DNA of 64,000 nucleotides from positions 45,457 to 109,456 of the forward strand of contig JBDGTS010000007.1 of the NCBI GenBank assembly GCA_042216675.1, in the 5' to 3' direction. Numbering within the stretch: the first letter of the stretch is position 1; each line of letters opens with the position of its first letter. This document shows positions 38,387 through 47,811 of this stretch, piece by piece. The stretch is from Halobacteriaceae archaeon. Lineage in GTDB: Archaea; Halobacteriota; Halobacteria; Halobacteriales; Halobacteriaceae. The translations under genes were made by a program, and so were the position numbers. The notes under the pieces were generated by a model. That model ran no database searches. It was not told where the DNA came from and saw only the letters and a program-made list of their open reading frames with translations.

Positions 38387-38757
38387 GCGTTCCCCTCCGC
38401 GGCCGCGAACAGGTCTGCGGCGAGGGACGTCGCCGCGTAGTAGCGCCAGTTCCCGTCCTTGCGACGCGTGACGAGGCCGGCGTCCACGAGGTCAGAGAGC
38501 GCGTGGCTGACGGCGCTCTCGCTCACGTCCACCAGCGCTTCGAGTTCACAGACACAGCGCTCGCCGTCGCTCGCGACGAGGGCGCGCGCGAGTCGGTACC
38601 GCGTCTCGTCGCCGAGGGCGGCAAACACCGGCCACACGGCGTCGGCCGCGAACGCGTCCGTGAGTTCGTCGAGTTCATCCAGTCGGCGCTCCACGTCCGC
38701 GTCACAGCAGTCGCCGAGTTCGTCCGCGAGGAGGCGTTCCAGTCTCGACTCTGTCAT
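38383..38757 (-). CDS. arsR: ArsR-family repressor
   Basis: N-terminal CC, ALGD.TRY, CVCEL, SAVSH.L and G.WRYY. Confidence 0.92.
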   Translation of the reverse strand: MTESRLERLLADELGDCCDADVERRLDELDELTDAFAADAVWPVFAALGDETRYRLARALVASDGERCVCELEALVDVSESAVSHALSDLVDAGLVTRRKDGNWRYYAATSLAADLFAAAEGNA

Positions 38758-38762
38758 GGCTC

Positions 38763-38811
38763 CTGATTGAATCAGCGTTCAGATAGTTCTACCGATGTGA
38801 ATTCTGATTCA
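38763..38811. promoter_or_regulatory. Probable ArsR operator
   Basis: Two TGAAT-N4-RTTCA boxes (38768-38781 and 38798-38811) plus CTGATT-g-AATCAG, immediately upstream of arsR. Confidence 0.55.
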
Positions 38812-38834
38812 GATGAAAGCAAAGAAAACCGCCC

Positions 38835-39854
38835 TCAGAGACCGAAGTCGAGGCCGACGCCGAGCGACTCGTTCGTCGTCTCGCGGCTCTCAGCGGCCGG
38901 CATCGCGTCCGAGACGGCCCGAATCGCGTCGACGTTCTCCGGCACCACGTCGCTCTCCTGGTGGACCGCCTGAAACAGGTAGAGGTCGCGGCCCGCGACG
39001 GCGATGGAGTCCGCCCAGAGCGCCGCCTCCCACACGTCGCCGCGCGGGCGGCCCACGTCGAGGGCGTACTCCTTGAGCGCCGCGCATCCCGCGAAGTCGG
39101 CCTCGCCGGGCACCATCGCGATGCGGTCCTCGTCGGCCAGAATGTTCCGTACTTCCTCGGCGGTGGGGGCGTCCGCGAAGGTGACGTTCAGGCTCTGGAG
39201 ATGCATCAGCGTCGCGGGCACCTTCACGCCCGCCGTCTCGATTTCGAGGTCCGGAAGCACTGTCTTCACGTCCTCGCCGTGGTGGGACGGCATCGAGATG
39301 GGGTCCGGCAGGATGTCGTTGATGGGGCCTCGGTCCGGCTGATTCGGGTCGCCGCCGCGGCGGATGATGGTCCCGCGCGCCTTCTCCACCTCGAAGTGTT
39401 CGGTGAGGGGCGTCAGCGTGCGGGACATCGCCGTCGTGTTGCAGGAGACGACGCGCACCGAGTCGGCGCCCATCGCCCGGTCGAAGGAGGCCCGGGCGTT
39501 GAAGCTCACCTCGGCCACGTCGGCGTCTTCCCCGCCCTGAAACACCGCGGGCGTGTCGTGCTCGCGGTACAGTTGGCTGTACTGTGCGCCGACGCCGGCC
39601 GGCGTCGCGTCCACGATGACGTCGCTGTCGTCTACGAGGTCCGCGACGACGCCCATCGGGTCGACGGGTGAGTCCGAGAACCGCTCGACGCCCTCCGCGG
39701 CGTACACGTCGATGCCCGACTGGCTGGCCGTCCGGGCCTCGAAGTTCGGCGAGCGCTTGGCGACGCCCGTGAGTTCCATGTCCGGTTGCTCGACGACGGC
39801 GTCGGCGACGCGCTTGCCGATGGTGCCGTAGCCGTTGATGCCGACGCGAATCAT
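38835..39854 (-). CDS. gap: Type II (archaeal) glyceraldehyde-3-phosphate dehydrogenase
   Basis: GINGYGTIGKRVADAV, FQGGE, RVVSCNTT, PSHHG.D and QAVHQESDVVPENVDAIRA. Confidence 0.95.
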   Translation of the reverse strand: MIRVGINGYGTIGKRVADAVVEQPDMELTGVAKRSPNFEARTASQSGIDVYAAEGVERFSDSPVDPMGVVADLVDDSDVIVDATPAGVGAQYSQLYREHDTPAVFQGGEDADVAEVSFNARASFDRAMGADSVRVVSCNTTAMSRTLTPLTEHFEVEKARGTIIRRGGDPNQPDRGPINDILPDPISMPSHHGEDVKTVLPDLEIETAGVKVPATLMHLQSLNVTFADAPTAEEVRNILADEDRIAMVPGEADFAGCAALKEYALDVGRPRGDVWEAALWADSIAVAGRDLYLFQAVHQESDVVPENVDAIRAVSDAMPAAESRETTNESLGVGLDFGL

Positions 39855-40690
39855 CGCGCGACACCCCCTTCGAGGCAGTCGATGAGGTCACGGTTCCCGA
39901 CGTGGACCGGGACGCGCTGATGGAGGTCGGTCGGCTCCACGTCCAGAATCGAGCCGTGTCCGGTCGAAGAGACGCCGCCCGCCGTCTCGACGACGTACGC
40001 GACGGGATTCGCCTCGAACTGGAGGCGGAGTTTCCCTGCTGGCCGCCCCGACAGCGCGGGGTACGCGAAGATGCCGCCGTTCGTGACGACCTGATTCACG
40101 TCCGCGACGAGCGCGCCGGCGTACCGCAGTTTCAGTTCCCGGCGCACCGACTCCGCGTACTCCGCGAAGGCGGGTTGCCAGTCGTCGACGCCGCCGCCGA
40201 AGCCGAACACCGTCGGCTCCTCGGGGATGGTCACGTCCTCGCGCATCGCCTCGCGGCCGTCCTCGGTGACGAGGTACTCGGTCACGTCGTCCTCGCGCGC
40301 GACGAGCATCGTCGTCCGCGGGCCGTAGAGGACGTAGCCCGCGGCGACGAGGTCCCGTCCCAGCGCCGGGAGCGATGCGTCGTAGACGCCGACGATGGTA
40401 CCCACGGGACCGTTCGCGGGCAGGTTCGACGAGCCATCGAGGGGGTCGACGGCGACGGCGTAGCCCTCGCCCGTGTCCAGCGGTTCGTCTCGCTCCTCGC
40501 TGGCGTAGGTACCGACGGAGTCGAGGGCGCCGAGTCGCTCCGCGAAGCGCTCGTCCGCGGCCACGTCGGCCGCGAGCTGTCGCTCGCCGCTCGGGTTCTC
40601 GCCGTCGCGATAGCCCCGTCGTTCGGCCAGCAGGGTCCGCATCGCCGACGCTTCCTCGGTCACCGCATCGAAGATGTCCGTGACCGTCAT
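39851..40690 (-). CDS. fbp: Class I fructose-1,6-bisphosphatase
   Basis: NPSGE.Q..AD, ASEE, DPLDGSSN, LRY.GA.VAD and GKLRL.FE. ATG at 40690. Confidence 0.93.
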   Translation of the reverse strand: MTVTDIFDAVTEEASAMRTLLAERRGYRDGENPSGERQLAADVAADERFAERLGALDSVGTYASEERDEPLDTGEGYAVAVDPLDGSSNLPANGPVGTIVGVYDASLPALGRDLVAAGYVLYGPRTTMLVAREDDVTEYLVTEDGREAMREDVTIPEEPTVFGFGGGVDDWQPAFAEYAESVRRELKLRYAGALVADVNQVVTNGGIFAYPALSGRPAGKLRLQFEANPVAYVVETAGGVSSTGHGSILDVEPTDLHQRVPVHVGNRDLIDCLEGGVAR

Positions 40691-41481
40691 CGTGTGGCGT
40701 CGAGTGCTGTCTCCGCGTCCTCCTCCTCGAAGATGACGCGCTCGAGGGCGTCGAGGATGGGCTTGGGGTTCTCGCGTTGCCAGACGTTGCGTCCGACGGC
40801 GAGGCCGGCCCCGCCCGCGTCGATGACGGCCTCGACGTATTCGAGGAACTGCCTGTCGTCGGTCTTCGACCCGCCGGACATCACGACTTTCGCCTCGCCC
40901 GCGGCGTCGACGGCCCACTCCATCGCCTCGGGACTGCCGGGATACTTCACCTTCGCAATATCCGCGCCGAGTTCGAGGGCGATGCGGGACGCGTAGGCAA
41001 TCGTCTCGTCCGCGGTGTCGTTTTTGAGGCCCTGCCCGCGGGGGTAAGACCACATTACGACCGGCAAGTCGTGGTCGCGGGCGCTCTCCTGCACGCCCCG
41101 GAAGTCCTCGTACATCTCCGGTTCGCGGTTCGACCCGGAGTAGAGCGTGTAACCGACGGCGTCGGCGCCGAGTTCCTCGGCGTAGTCCACCGACCAGTTC
41201 TGGGGGGAGTACGGCTCGCCCATCCAGAGGTTCGACGTCCCGTTGAGTTTCGCCACCAGCGCAACGTCGTCCTCGTAGGACGGGTAGTACGTCTCCGCGA
41301 CGCCCTTCTGGACCGCGACGCCGGTGACGGCGTCGTGGGTCGTCAACTCGAACACCGTCTCCGGGTCGAGCGTCTCGGGCACCGGTTCGAAGTCCGACGG
41401 CCCGTGTTCGAGGCCGTGGTCCATCGCGAGAATCAGCGTCTTCCCGTCCCGCGTGAGATCCGAGTCGGTCAGGGGGAGCAT
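40687..41481 (-). CDS. fba: Class I (DhnA-type) fructose-bisphosphate aldolase
   Basis: AMDHGLEHGP, KLNG, WSYPRG, ELGADIAKVKY and GRNVWQ. Confidence 0.93.
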   Translation of the reverse strand: MLPLTDSDLTRDGKTLILAMDHGLEHGPSDFEPVPETLDPETVFELTTHDAVTGVAVQKGVAETYYPSYEDDVALVAKLNGTSNLWMGEPYSPQNWSVDYAEELGADAVGYTLYSGSNREPEMYEDFRGVQESARDHDLPVVMWSYPRGQGLKNDTADETIAYASRIALELGADIAKVKYPGSPEAMEWAVDAAGEAKVVMSGGSKTDDRQFLEYVEAVIDAGGAGLAVGRNVWQRENPKPILDALERVIFEEEDAETALDATR

Positions 41482-41706
41482 TCACTCATCTGTTCGGGCA
41501 ATCCGAATATAAATGGACCGGTCCAGCACGGAACGAGGATTTCACCCGGGAGAGGTCACGAGAGCGACGATACCGGGAGTGTAGGAGGTAGCGGGCCTGA
41601 AGCGGCAGAATTGTTTACTCGCCTTTCGGTAAATCCTGTGGGGAAACAGTCACTCGGACTAGTGTTTGAGAAAGCTTTATATCGGGGGATTGCGACAGTT
41701 CACACG

Positions 41707-41835
41707 ATGCCTACAGTGACCATTCCGGAGAATCTCTACCGGCAACTCGAGGACGCGGCCGATGGCGGAGAACTAGACGACGCCATGTGGGAGATGGTCC
41801 ACGCCTACCAGCAGAAATACGATCCCGCGGAGTAA
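41707..41835 (+). CDS. 42-aa small protein, ribbon-helix-helix-like
   Basis: MPTVTIPENLYRQLEDAADGGELDDAMWEMVHAYQQKYDPAE; TTTATAT about 25 nt upstream. Confidence 0.65.
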   Translation: MPTVTIPENLYRQLEDAADGGELDDAMWEMVHAYQQKYDPAE

Positions 41836-41836
41836 C

Positions 41837-42871
41837 TCACTCTTCTGCGAACCGGAACACCGGCTTCACCGTGCGGGAGTCGAGGAAGTCCTCGAACGCG
41901 GTTTTCGGGTCGTCCACGGAGTAGTCCGTGTCCATAATCGGCTCCGGGTCCACCGACCCGTTCTCGAGGAGTCGGAGCGCCTGTTCGAAGTTGCGCCACG
42001 TCGAGCCATACGACGTGTTGAGGTCGACTTCGCCGCGCACTAGCGGCGTCATGAACACTTCGCTCGGCTCACCGGGGAGACCGACGACGACGATTTGGCC
42101 GCCTTTGCGGACCACGTCGACGGCCTGTTCGACACCGGAGTGATGGCCGGTCGTGTCGAAGACGCGGTCGAAGTTCTTCCCGTTGGTGAACGCTTCGGTG
42201 CGCGCTTCGAGGTCGTTCTCCTGAATGTCCACCGTCTCGACGTCGATGTCGTCGAGGAGGGGGAAGCGGTGTTCGGTGTCCTTCGACAGGCCGGCGACGA
42301 GGACGTTCGCCCCGATGGAGTCGGCGACAGCGGCGACGAGGACGCCGATGGGACCCGGACCGAAGACGAGGACGTCCTCGCCGGGCACCGTCTCGGACTG
42401 TTCGAGGACGGCGCGCGTCGCGATGCTCAGCGGTTCGGTGATGGCCGCGTAGCCGAGGTCGAGTTCCTCGGGGACGTGGTGGAGATGCTCCGCCGCGACG
42501 TTGTTGTACTCCCGGTAGGCACCGTCGCGGTGCATGCCCGTGATGGAGAAGTTCTGGCAGACGTTGGGCTGGCCGTTCTTGCACTGGAAGCACTCGCCGC
42601 AGTCGTGAATCGGCTCCTCGACGACCTTGTCGCCCACCTCGAAGTTCGTCACGTCGTCACCGACTTCGACGACTTCGCCCGAGTACTCGTGGCCCATGAT
42701 GCGCGGCATCTGGATCCACTCGTAGCCACCCTCGTACGTGTACGCGTGCGCGTCACTGCCGCAGACGCCGGCGGTGTGGACCTTCACCAGCACCTCGTCG
42801 TCGGCGGGTTCCGGCCGCTCGCGCTCCTGTACTTCGATTTCGCGCGCCCCTGTCTGCACGATGGATTTCAT
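41837..42871 (-). CDS. Zn-dependent (MDR) sugar-alcohol/sugar-acid dehydrogenase
   Basis: GVCGSD, MGHE, CGECFQC...NVC and GPGPIG. ATG at 42871. Confidence 0.9.
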   Translation of the reverse strand: MKSIVQTGAREIEVQERERPEPADDEVLVKVHTAGVCGSDAHAYTYEGGYEWIQMPRIMGHEYSGEVVEVGDDVTNFEVGDKVVEEPIHDCGECFQCKNGQPNVCQNFSITGMHRDGAYREYNNVAAEHLHHVPEELDLGYAAITEPLSIATRAVLEQSETVPGEDVLVFGPGPIGVLVAAVADSIGANVLVAGLSKDTEHRFPLLDDIDVETVDIQENDLEARTEAFTNGKNFDRVFDTTGHHSGVEQAVDVVRKGGQIVVVGLPGEPSEVFMTPLVRGEVDLNTSYGSTWRNFEQALRLLENGSVDPEPIMDTDYSVDDPKTAFEDFLDSRTVKPVFRFAEE

Positions 42872-42958
42872 CGAGCGAAACTCGGCTTCGTCCGCCCATA
42901 ACCCTTGGGGGTTCGGCCGCGACTGCCGCGGCGTCGGACGGCGGCCCGTCGGAGTAGG

Positions 42959-42975
42959 TACTCGCTTCCGGAGAA
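42959..42975 (+). promoter_or_regulatory. TrmB-like site upstream of ppsA
   Basis: TACT-N8-GAGAA (one mismatch to TACT-N7/8-GAGTA), upstream of the TATA-like CTATATT at about 42992. Confidence 0.5.
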
Positions 42976-43025
42976 ATCGCTCCATCACAACCTATATTCT
43001 CGCCACCCTCGAATGACTGGCTACA

Positions 43026-45296
43026 ATGCCCATTCGGTGGCTCGCGGAGATCGGTGCCGAGGACGTGGACGTGGCCGGCGGCAAGGGCGCGTCCCTCGGG
43101 GAACTCGTCGCGGCCGGCTTGCCGGTCCCGTCGGGATTCGTCGTCACGGCGTCCACGTTCCGGACCTTCGTTGAGTCCGCAGGAATCGGCGACGAGCTGT
43201 ACGAACTCCTCGACGTCGACGCCTCCGACCCGGAGGAACTCGAAGGCGTCGCGGAGGAGGCCCAGGCGCTCGTCACCGGTACGCCGGTCCCCGACGACGT
43301 GGCGGCTGAGATCCGCGCGGCGTACGACCGCCTCGGGACCGAGGCCGGCGTGGAGGCCCCCTTCGTGGCTGTCCGCTCGTCCGCGACGGCCGAGGACCTC
43401 CCCGATTCCAGTTTCGCGGGCCAGCAGGACACGTATCTCAACGTGACCGGCGAGGACCTCGTGGACCGCGTGCAGCGGTGCTGGGCGTCGCTGTTCACGA
43501 ACCGCGCCATCTACTACCGCCAGACGCGCGGCTTCGACCACGAGGACGTGGACATCGCCGTCGTCGTCCAGCGGATGGTCGACGCCGAGAAGAGCGGCGT
43601 CATGTTCACGCGCGACCCCTCCACCGGGGAGGCCGAACTCACCGTCGAGGCCGCGTGGGGCCTCGGCGAGGGCGTCGTCTCCGGCACCGTCTCCCCCGAC
43701 ACGTACGTCCTCGACCCGGACGGGACGGTCAAGTCGGAGAACGTCGCCACGAAGCGGACGATGATCGTTCGGAGCGACGACGGCGAGACGGTCGAACGCG
43801 AGGTGTCCGCGGACCGCCGGGACGAGCGCGTCCTCGACGGGGAGGAACTCGACCGCCTCGTCTCCCTCGGCGAGACAGTCGAGGACCACTACGGCGGGCC
43901 ACAGGACGTGGAGTGGGCCATCGCCGACGGCGAGGTGTTCCTGCTCCAGTCTCGCCCCATCACGACTATCGAGGAGGGAGCGGAGAGCGAGTCCGAGGCC
44001 GGGACGGGCGAGGAACTCGTCGACGGCCTCGGCGCCAGTCCCGGCACCGCGACGGGTCCGGCGCGCATCGTCACGCAACTCGACCAACTCGACAAGGTCG
44101 GTGAGGGCGACGTCATCGTCACCGAGATGACGACGCCCGACATGGTGCCCGCGATGCAGCGAGCGAGCGCGCTCGTCACCGACGAGGGCGGCCTGACGAG
44201 TCACGCCGCCATCGTCTCCCGTGAACTCGGCGTTCCGGCGGTGACCGGCACCGAGGACGCGACGACGACGCTCGACGACGGGCAGGTCGTGGCCGTCGAC
44301 GGCGACAGGGGGACCATCGAGTCGGCAACCGAGGCCGAGGAGCGCGAGCGGACCTCCGAACCGGCCGAACTCGCCGCGGACCAGTCCGCCCAATCCGAGT
44401 CGAGTCCGCCGATGACCGCGACGGAGGTCAAGGTCAACGTCTCGATGCCCGCGGCCGCCGAGCGTGCGGCCGACACGGGCGCCGACGGCGTGGGTCTGCT
44501 CCGCCTCGAACACATGATTCTGGAGACGGGCAAGACCCCAGCCCGGTACGTCGAGGAGCAGGGCGAGGAGGCCTACGTCGACCAGTTGGTCGCCGGCATC
44601 CGAACCGTCGCCGACGCCTTCTATCCCCGCCCGGTGCGCGTGCGGACCCTCGACGCCCCCACCGACGAATTCCGGCATCTGGAGGGCGGCGAGACGGAGC
44701 CCACCGAACACAACCCGATGCTCGGCTTCCGGGGCATCCGTCGGAGCCTGCAGGAACCCGACCTGTTCAAGCACGAACTCCGCGCGTTCGAGCGCCTCTA
44801 CGGGATGGGCTACGACAACCTCGAACTGATGTTCCCGCTCGTGAACGACGCCGACGACGTGGAGCGAGCGACGGCGCTGATGGCGGAGGTGGGAATCGAC
44901 CCCAATCGTCGCTCGTGGGGGGTGATGGTCGAGACGCCGGCGGCGGCGCTCGGCATCGAGGACCTCATCGACGCCGGCATCGACTTCGTGAGCATGGGGA
45001 CCAACGACCTCACGCAGTACACGCTCGCCGTCGACCGCAACAACGAGCGAGTGGCCGACCGGTACGACGCCGAGCATCCGGCGGTCAAACGCCTGCTGGC
45101 GGACGTGGTTGAGACGTGCCGCGAGAACGACGTGACGACGAGTATCTGCGGGGAAGCGGCCTCCCAGCCCGGGATGGTGAAGTTCCTCGTCGAGGCGGGC
45201 GTCACGTCCATCAGCGCGAACATCGACGCGGTGAGCGACGTTCAGCAACTCGCCAAGCGCGTCGAACAGCGTCTGCTTCTCGATTCGGTCCGATAG
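43026..45296 (+). CDS. ppsA: Phosphoenolpyruvate synthase
   Basis: AGGKGASLGEL, AVRSSATAEDLP..SFAGQQ, GGLTSHAAIV, E.NPMLGFRG, GTNDLTQY and SICGE. Confidence 0.96.
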   Translation: MPIRWLAEIGAEDVDVAGGKGASLGELVAAGLPVPSGFVVTASTFRTFVESAGIGDELYELLDVDASDPEELEGVAEEAQALVTGTPVPDDVAAEIRAAYDRLGTEAGVEAPFVAVRSSATAEDLPDSSFAGQQDTYLNVTGEDLVDRVQRCWASLFTNRAIYYRQTRGFDHEDVDIAVVVQRMVDAEKSGVMFTRDPSTGEAELTVEAAWGLGEGVVSGTVSPDTYVLDPDGTVKSENVATKRTMIVRSDDGETVEREVSADRRDERVLDGEELDRLVSLGETVEDHYGGPQDVEWAIADGEVFLLQSRPITTIEEGAESESEAGTGEELVDGLGASPGTATGPARIVTQLDQLDKVGEGDVIVTEMTTPDMVPAMQRASALVTDEGGLTSHAAIVSRELGVPAVTGTEDATTTLDDGQVVAVDGDRGTIESATEAEERERTSEPAELAADQSAQSESSPPMTATEVKVNVSMPAAAERAADTGADGVGLLRLEHMILETGKTPARYVEEQGEEAYVDQLVAGIRTVADAFYPRPVRVRTLDAPTDEFRHLEGGETEPTEHNPMLGFRGIRRSLQEPDLFKHELRAFERLYGMGYDNLELMFPLVNDADDVERATALMAEVGIDPNRRSWGVMVETPAAALGIEDLIDAGIDFVSMGTNDLTQYTLAVDRNNERVADRYDAEHPAVKRLLADVVETCRENDVTTSICGEAASQPGMVKFLVEAGVTSISANIDAVSDVQQLAKRVEQRLLLDSVR

Positions 45297-45341
45297 CCCG
45301 AGCGATAAACGCTTATATGGGGTGAGTGGCCATCTCCGGTT

Positions 45342-45671
45342 ATGAGTTCAGACGGCTCCTCGATCGTCTGCCGTCGGTGCGGGGAAACGATTCCGCTCGA
45401 AGCGGGTAGCTGTCCCCACTGTGGGAAAGACATCCGCAATATCACCGGTCCCGCCGTCGCCATCGTCCTCGGTCTCATCCTCGTCGGGTCGGCGATTCTC
45501 GGCGGGAGTCAACTGTACGTCTTCGGCGCGGTCGGTCTGGTCATGGCTGCCTCCGGTGGGTACATCCTCTACGACCGTCGCCAGCGCATTCAGGAGGCCG
45601 CACAGCGCGGCGCCACGGCGACGACGAGCGAGGGTGAGGGCGAGGAAGAAGAAGAGGAGAGCATTTTCTGA
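45342..45671 (+). CDS. Zinc-ribbon membrane protein
   Basis: CRRCG...CPHCG followed by two TM helices and an acidic tail. Confidence 0.75.
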   Translation: MSSDGSSIVCRRCGETIPLEAGSCPHCGKDIRNITGPAVAIVLGLILVGSAILGGSQLYVFGAVGLVMAASGGYILYDRRQRIQEAAQRGATATTSEGEGEEEEEESIF

Positions 45672-45762
45672 GCGGTCACGGCCGTTCCGTGCGGTATTCT
45701 TCGGTTTTCGCCGATGAAGTGTCTCCGGAAGCGTTATTAACGACCATGACTGTCACTTCCGT

Positions 45763-46749
45763 ATGGCAGAGACAGAGCTTACCGTTGACGAGGCCAACGA
45801 ACTCATCGACTCAATTCTGGACGAGGTGAAGTCGGTCGTCATCGCCGACGACGACGTTCTCGAGAACATCATGCTCGCCATCCTCGCGGAGGGCCACGTG
45901 CTCCTCGAGGACGTTCCCGGGACCGGGAAGACGCTCGCCGCGAACGTCTTTGCGACGGCGCTCAACGTCGAGTTCTCCCGCATCCAGTTCACGCCGGACC
46001 TCCTTCCCTCGGACGTGATGGGCACGAACATCTACAACGAGAAGGAAGGCGAGTTCGAGTTCCAGCCCGGCCCGATCTTCGGCAACGTCATCCTCGGCGA
46101 CGAGATCAACCGCGCGCCGCCGAAGACGCAGGCCGCGATGCTCGAAACGATGGCCGAGGCGCAGGTCACCGTCGAGGGCAAGACCCGCGAACTCGAACCG
46201 CCGTTCTTCGTCATGGCGACGCAGAACCCCGTCGAGCAGGAGGGTACCTTCCCGCTCCCCGAAGCGCAGGTCGACCGCTTCCTCGTGAAGGACACCATCG
46301 GCCAGCCTGACGTCGAGGGCAAGGTCGAACTGCTCCGCCGCCGCTCCCAGCGCACCACCTCCATCCCGACGGCCGAACCGGTCGTCGACGACCCCGACAA
46401 GATCGTGGCCCTCCAGCAGGTCCCCGAGTCCGTCGAGGTCGACGAGGACCTGATGACGTACATGGCCGAACTCATCGGCCTCTCCCACGAGGACAACCGC
46501 GTCCGCGTCGGCGTCTCCCCGCGTGGTCTCCAGCGCCTCTTCGAGGCGTCCCGCGCCCGCGCCGTGATGAACGGTCGCGACTACGTCGTCCCGAGCGACA
46601 TCCAGCGCATCTCCGAGCCGGTGCTCGCCCACCGCCTCGTCCTCACTCCCGAGGCGCAGGTCAACGACGTGCAGAAGACCGAAGTCGTTCAGGACCTCCT
46701 CGACGAGGTGCCCGTTCCGACCATCGAAGGCGAAGCGACCGCCGACTGA
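45763..46749 (+). CDS. MoxR-family AAA+ ATPase
   Basis: HVLLEDVPGTGKT, RIQFTPDLLPSD, DEINRAPPKTQ, ATQNP.EQEGTFPLPEAQ.DRF and SPRG. Confidence 0.95.
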   Translation: MAETELTVDEANELIDSILDEVKSVVIADDDVLENIMLAILAEGHVLLEDVPGTGKTLAANVFATALNVEFSRIQFTPDLLPSDVMGTNIYNEKEGEFEFQPGPIFGNVILGDEINRAPPKTQAAMLETMAEAQVTVEGKTRELEPPFFVMATQNPVEQEGTFPLPEAQVDRFLVKDTIGQPDVEGKVELLRRRSQRTTSIPTAEPVVDDPDKIVALQQVPESVEVDEDLMTYMAELIGLSHEDNRVRVGVSPRGLQRLFEASRARAVMNGRDYVVPSDIQRISEPVLAHRLVLTPEAQVNDVQKTEVVQDLLDEVPVPTIEGEATAD

Positions 46750-46857
46750 GGCCGCTGTAGAGCCGCCGTTTCGGTCCCTTTTTGTCGTTTCTCTGTCTCG
46801 CGGTTTCCGCCCCTCAGTCGATGGTATTAAATATCATGTATCTTCTCAACCTAGTCA

Positions 46858-47811
46858 ATGAGTGTCGTTGATAGGAGCAAATTCCCCTCCATCGTTCTCA
46901 TCGTGGTTGCGGTCCTCGCGCTGTCCGCCACGGCAGCCACGATAGACAACACGGTCGGGGGGCCATCTGGAAGCGGCTTCACAGTCGACCCGTCTCAGGG
47001 TGGCGGCGGTCAGGGCTCTGGACCCAGTTCCGGGCCCGCCAACCTAAGCGAAGGCCCCGCAGTCGATACCAAAGGGCAGCAGGTGACTTTCCAAATCTGC
47101 ATCGAGTTCCTGACGACGCCAGTCGCCGTGTTGGGAATCTTCGGCGCGATGGGGCTGCTGTTCTACGGCATCCAGCGCCGGTGGAACGGCGCGACGGCCA
47201 TGCTGGTGGGAACGGGCGTCGTGCCCGTGGTGCTCGGGTCGTACTTCTTCCTGACGAACTGCCAGAGCGGCGGTGGCGGTGGCGGTGGTGGGGGTGGCGG
47301 CATCCCCACCCCGAGCCCGGGGACGGGCGTTCAGGCGCCCAACGTCCCGCCGACGGTGCTGGGCGTGGCGCTGGTCGCCGTCCTCGGTCTCGCCGCGGTG
47401 ATGCTGTACGCCGTCACCGGTGAGGACGAGGAGTACGAACCCCTCGAAGACGAGGAGGCCGGTGAGGCCCCCGACAAGGCCGACTTCGCCGAGGCGGCGG
47501 GTCGCGCGGCCGACCGCATCGAGGAGGCGAACGTCGAAGTCGACAACGCTGTCTACCGTGCCTGGTACGAGATGACCCAACTGCTGGACATTCCGGACCC
47601 CGAGACGAGTAGTCCGATGGACTTCGCGGACGCAGCCATCGAGTTCGGCCTCAACGAGGACGACGTGATGGAACTCACGGACCTGTTCAACGAGGTTCGG
47701 TACGGCCATCAGGACGCCGAGAGCCGCGAGGAGCGCGCACTCGAAATTCTCCGGCACATCGAGTCCGAATACGAAGGCGTCACGTCCGAGGAGACGGGAG
47801 GTGAGAACTGA
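46858..47811 (+). CDS. DUF4129-type membrane protein
   Basis: TM segments, Gly-rich linker, N.VYRAW.EM and LT.LF.EVRYG. Confidence 0.8.
   Translation: MSVVDRSKFPSIVLIVVAVLALSATAATIDNTVGGPSGSGFTVDPSQGGGGQGSGPSSGPANLSEGPAVDTKGQQVTFQICIEFLTTPVAVLGIFGAMGLLFYGIQRRWNGATAMLVGTGVVPVVLGSYFFLTNCQSGGGGGGGGGGGIPTPSPGTGVQAPNVPPTVLGVALVAVLGLAAVMLYAVTGEDEEYEPLEDEEAGEAPDKADFAEAAGRAADRIEEANVEVDNAVYRAWYEMTQLLDIPDPETSSPMDFADAAIEFGLNEDDVMELTDLFNEVRYGHQDAESREERALEILRHIESEYEGVTSEETGGEN

Noticed and set aside
39851-41485. 544-aa ORF suggesting an aldolase-FBPase fusion
   Set aside because: The upstream part is an alternative frame over fba. The real fbp starts at ATG 40690, overlapping the fba stop.
31685-42951. 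Similar short hairpins GACGGCGGCCC(C)GTCG at about 31686 and 42937
   Set aside because: Short and GC-rich with only two copies; compatible with chance.
47268-47300. GGY trinucleotide run as a possible phase-variable repeat
   Set aside because: Mixed Gly codons, in frame; a simple flexible linker.
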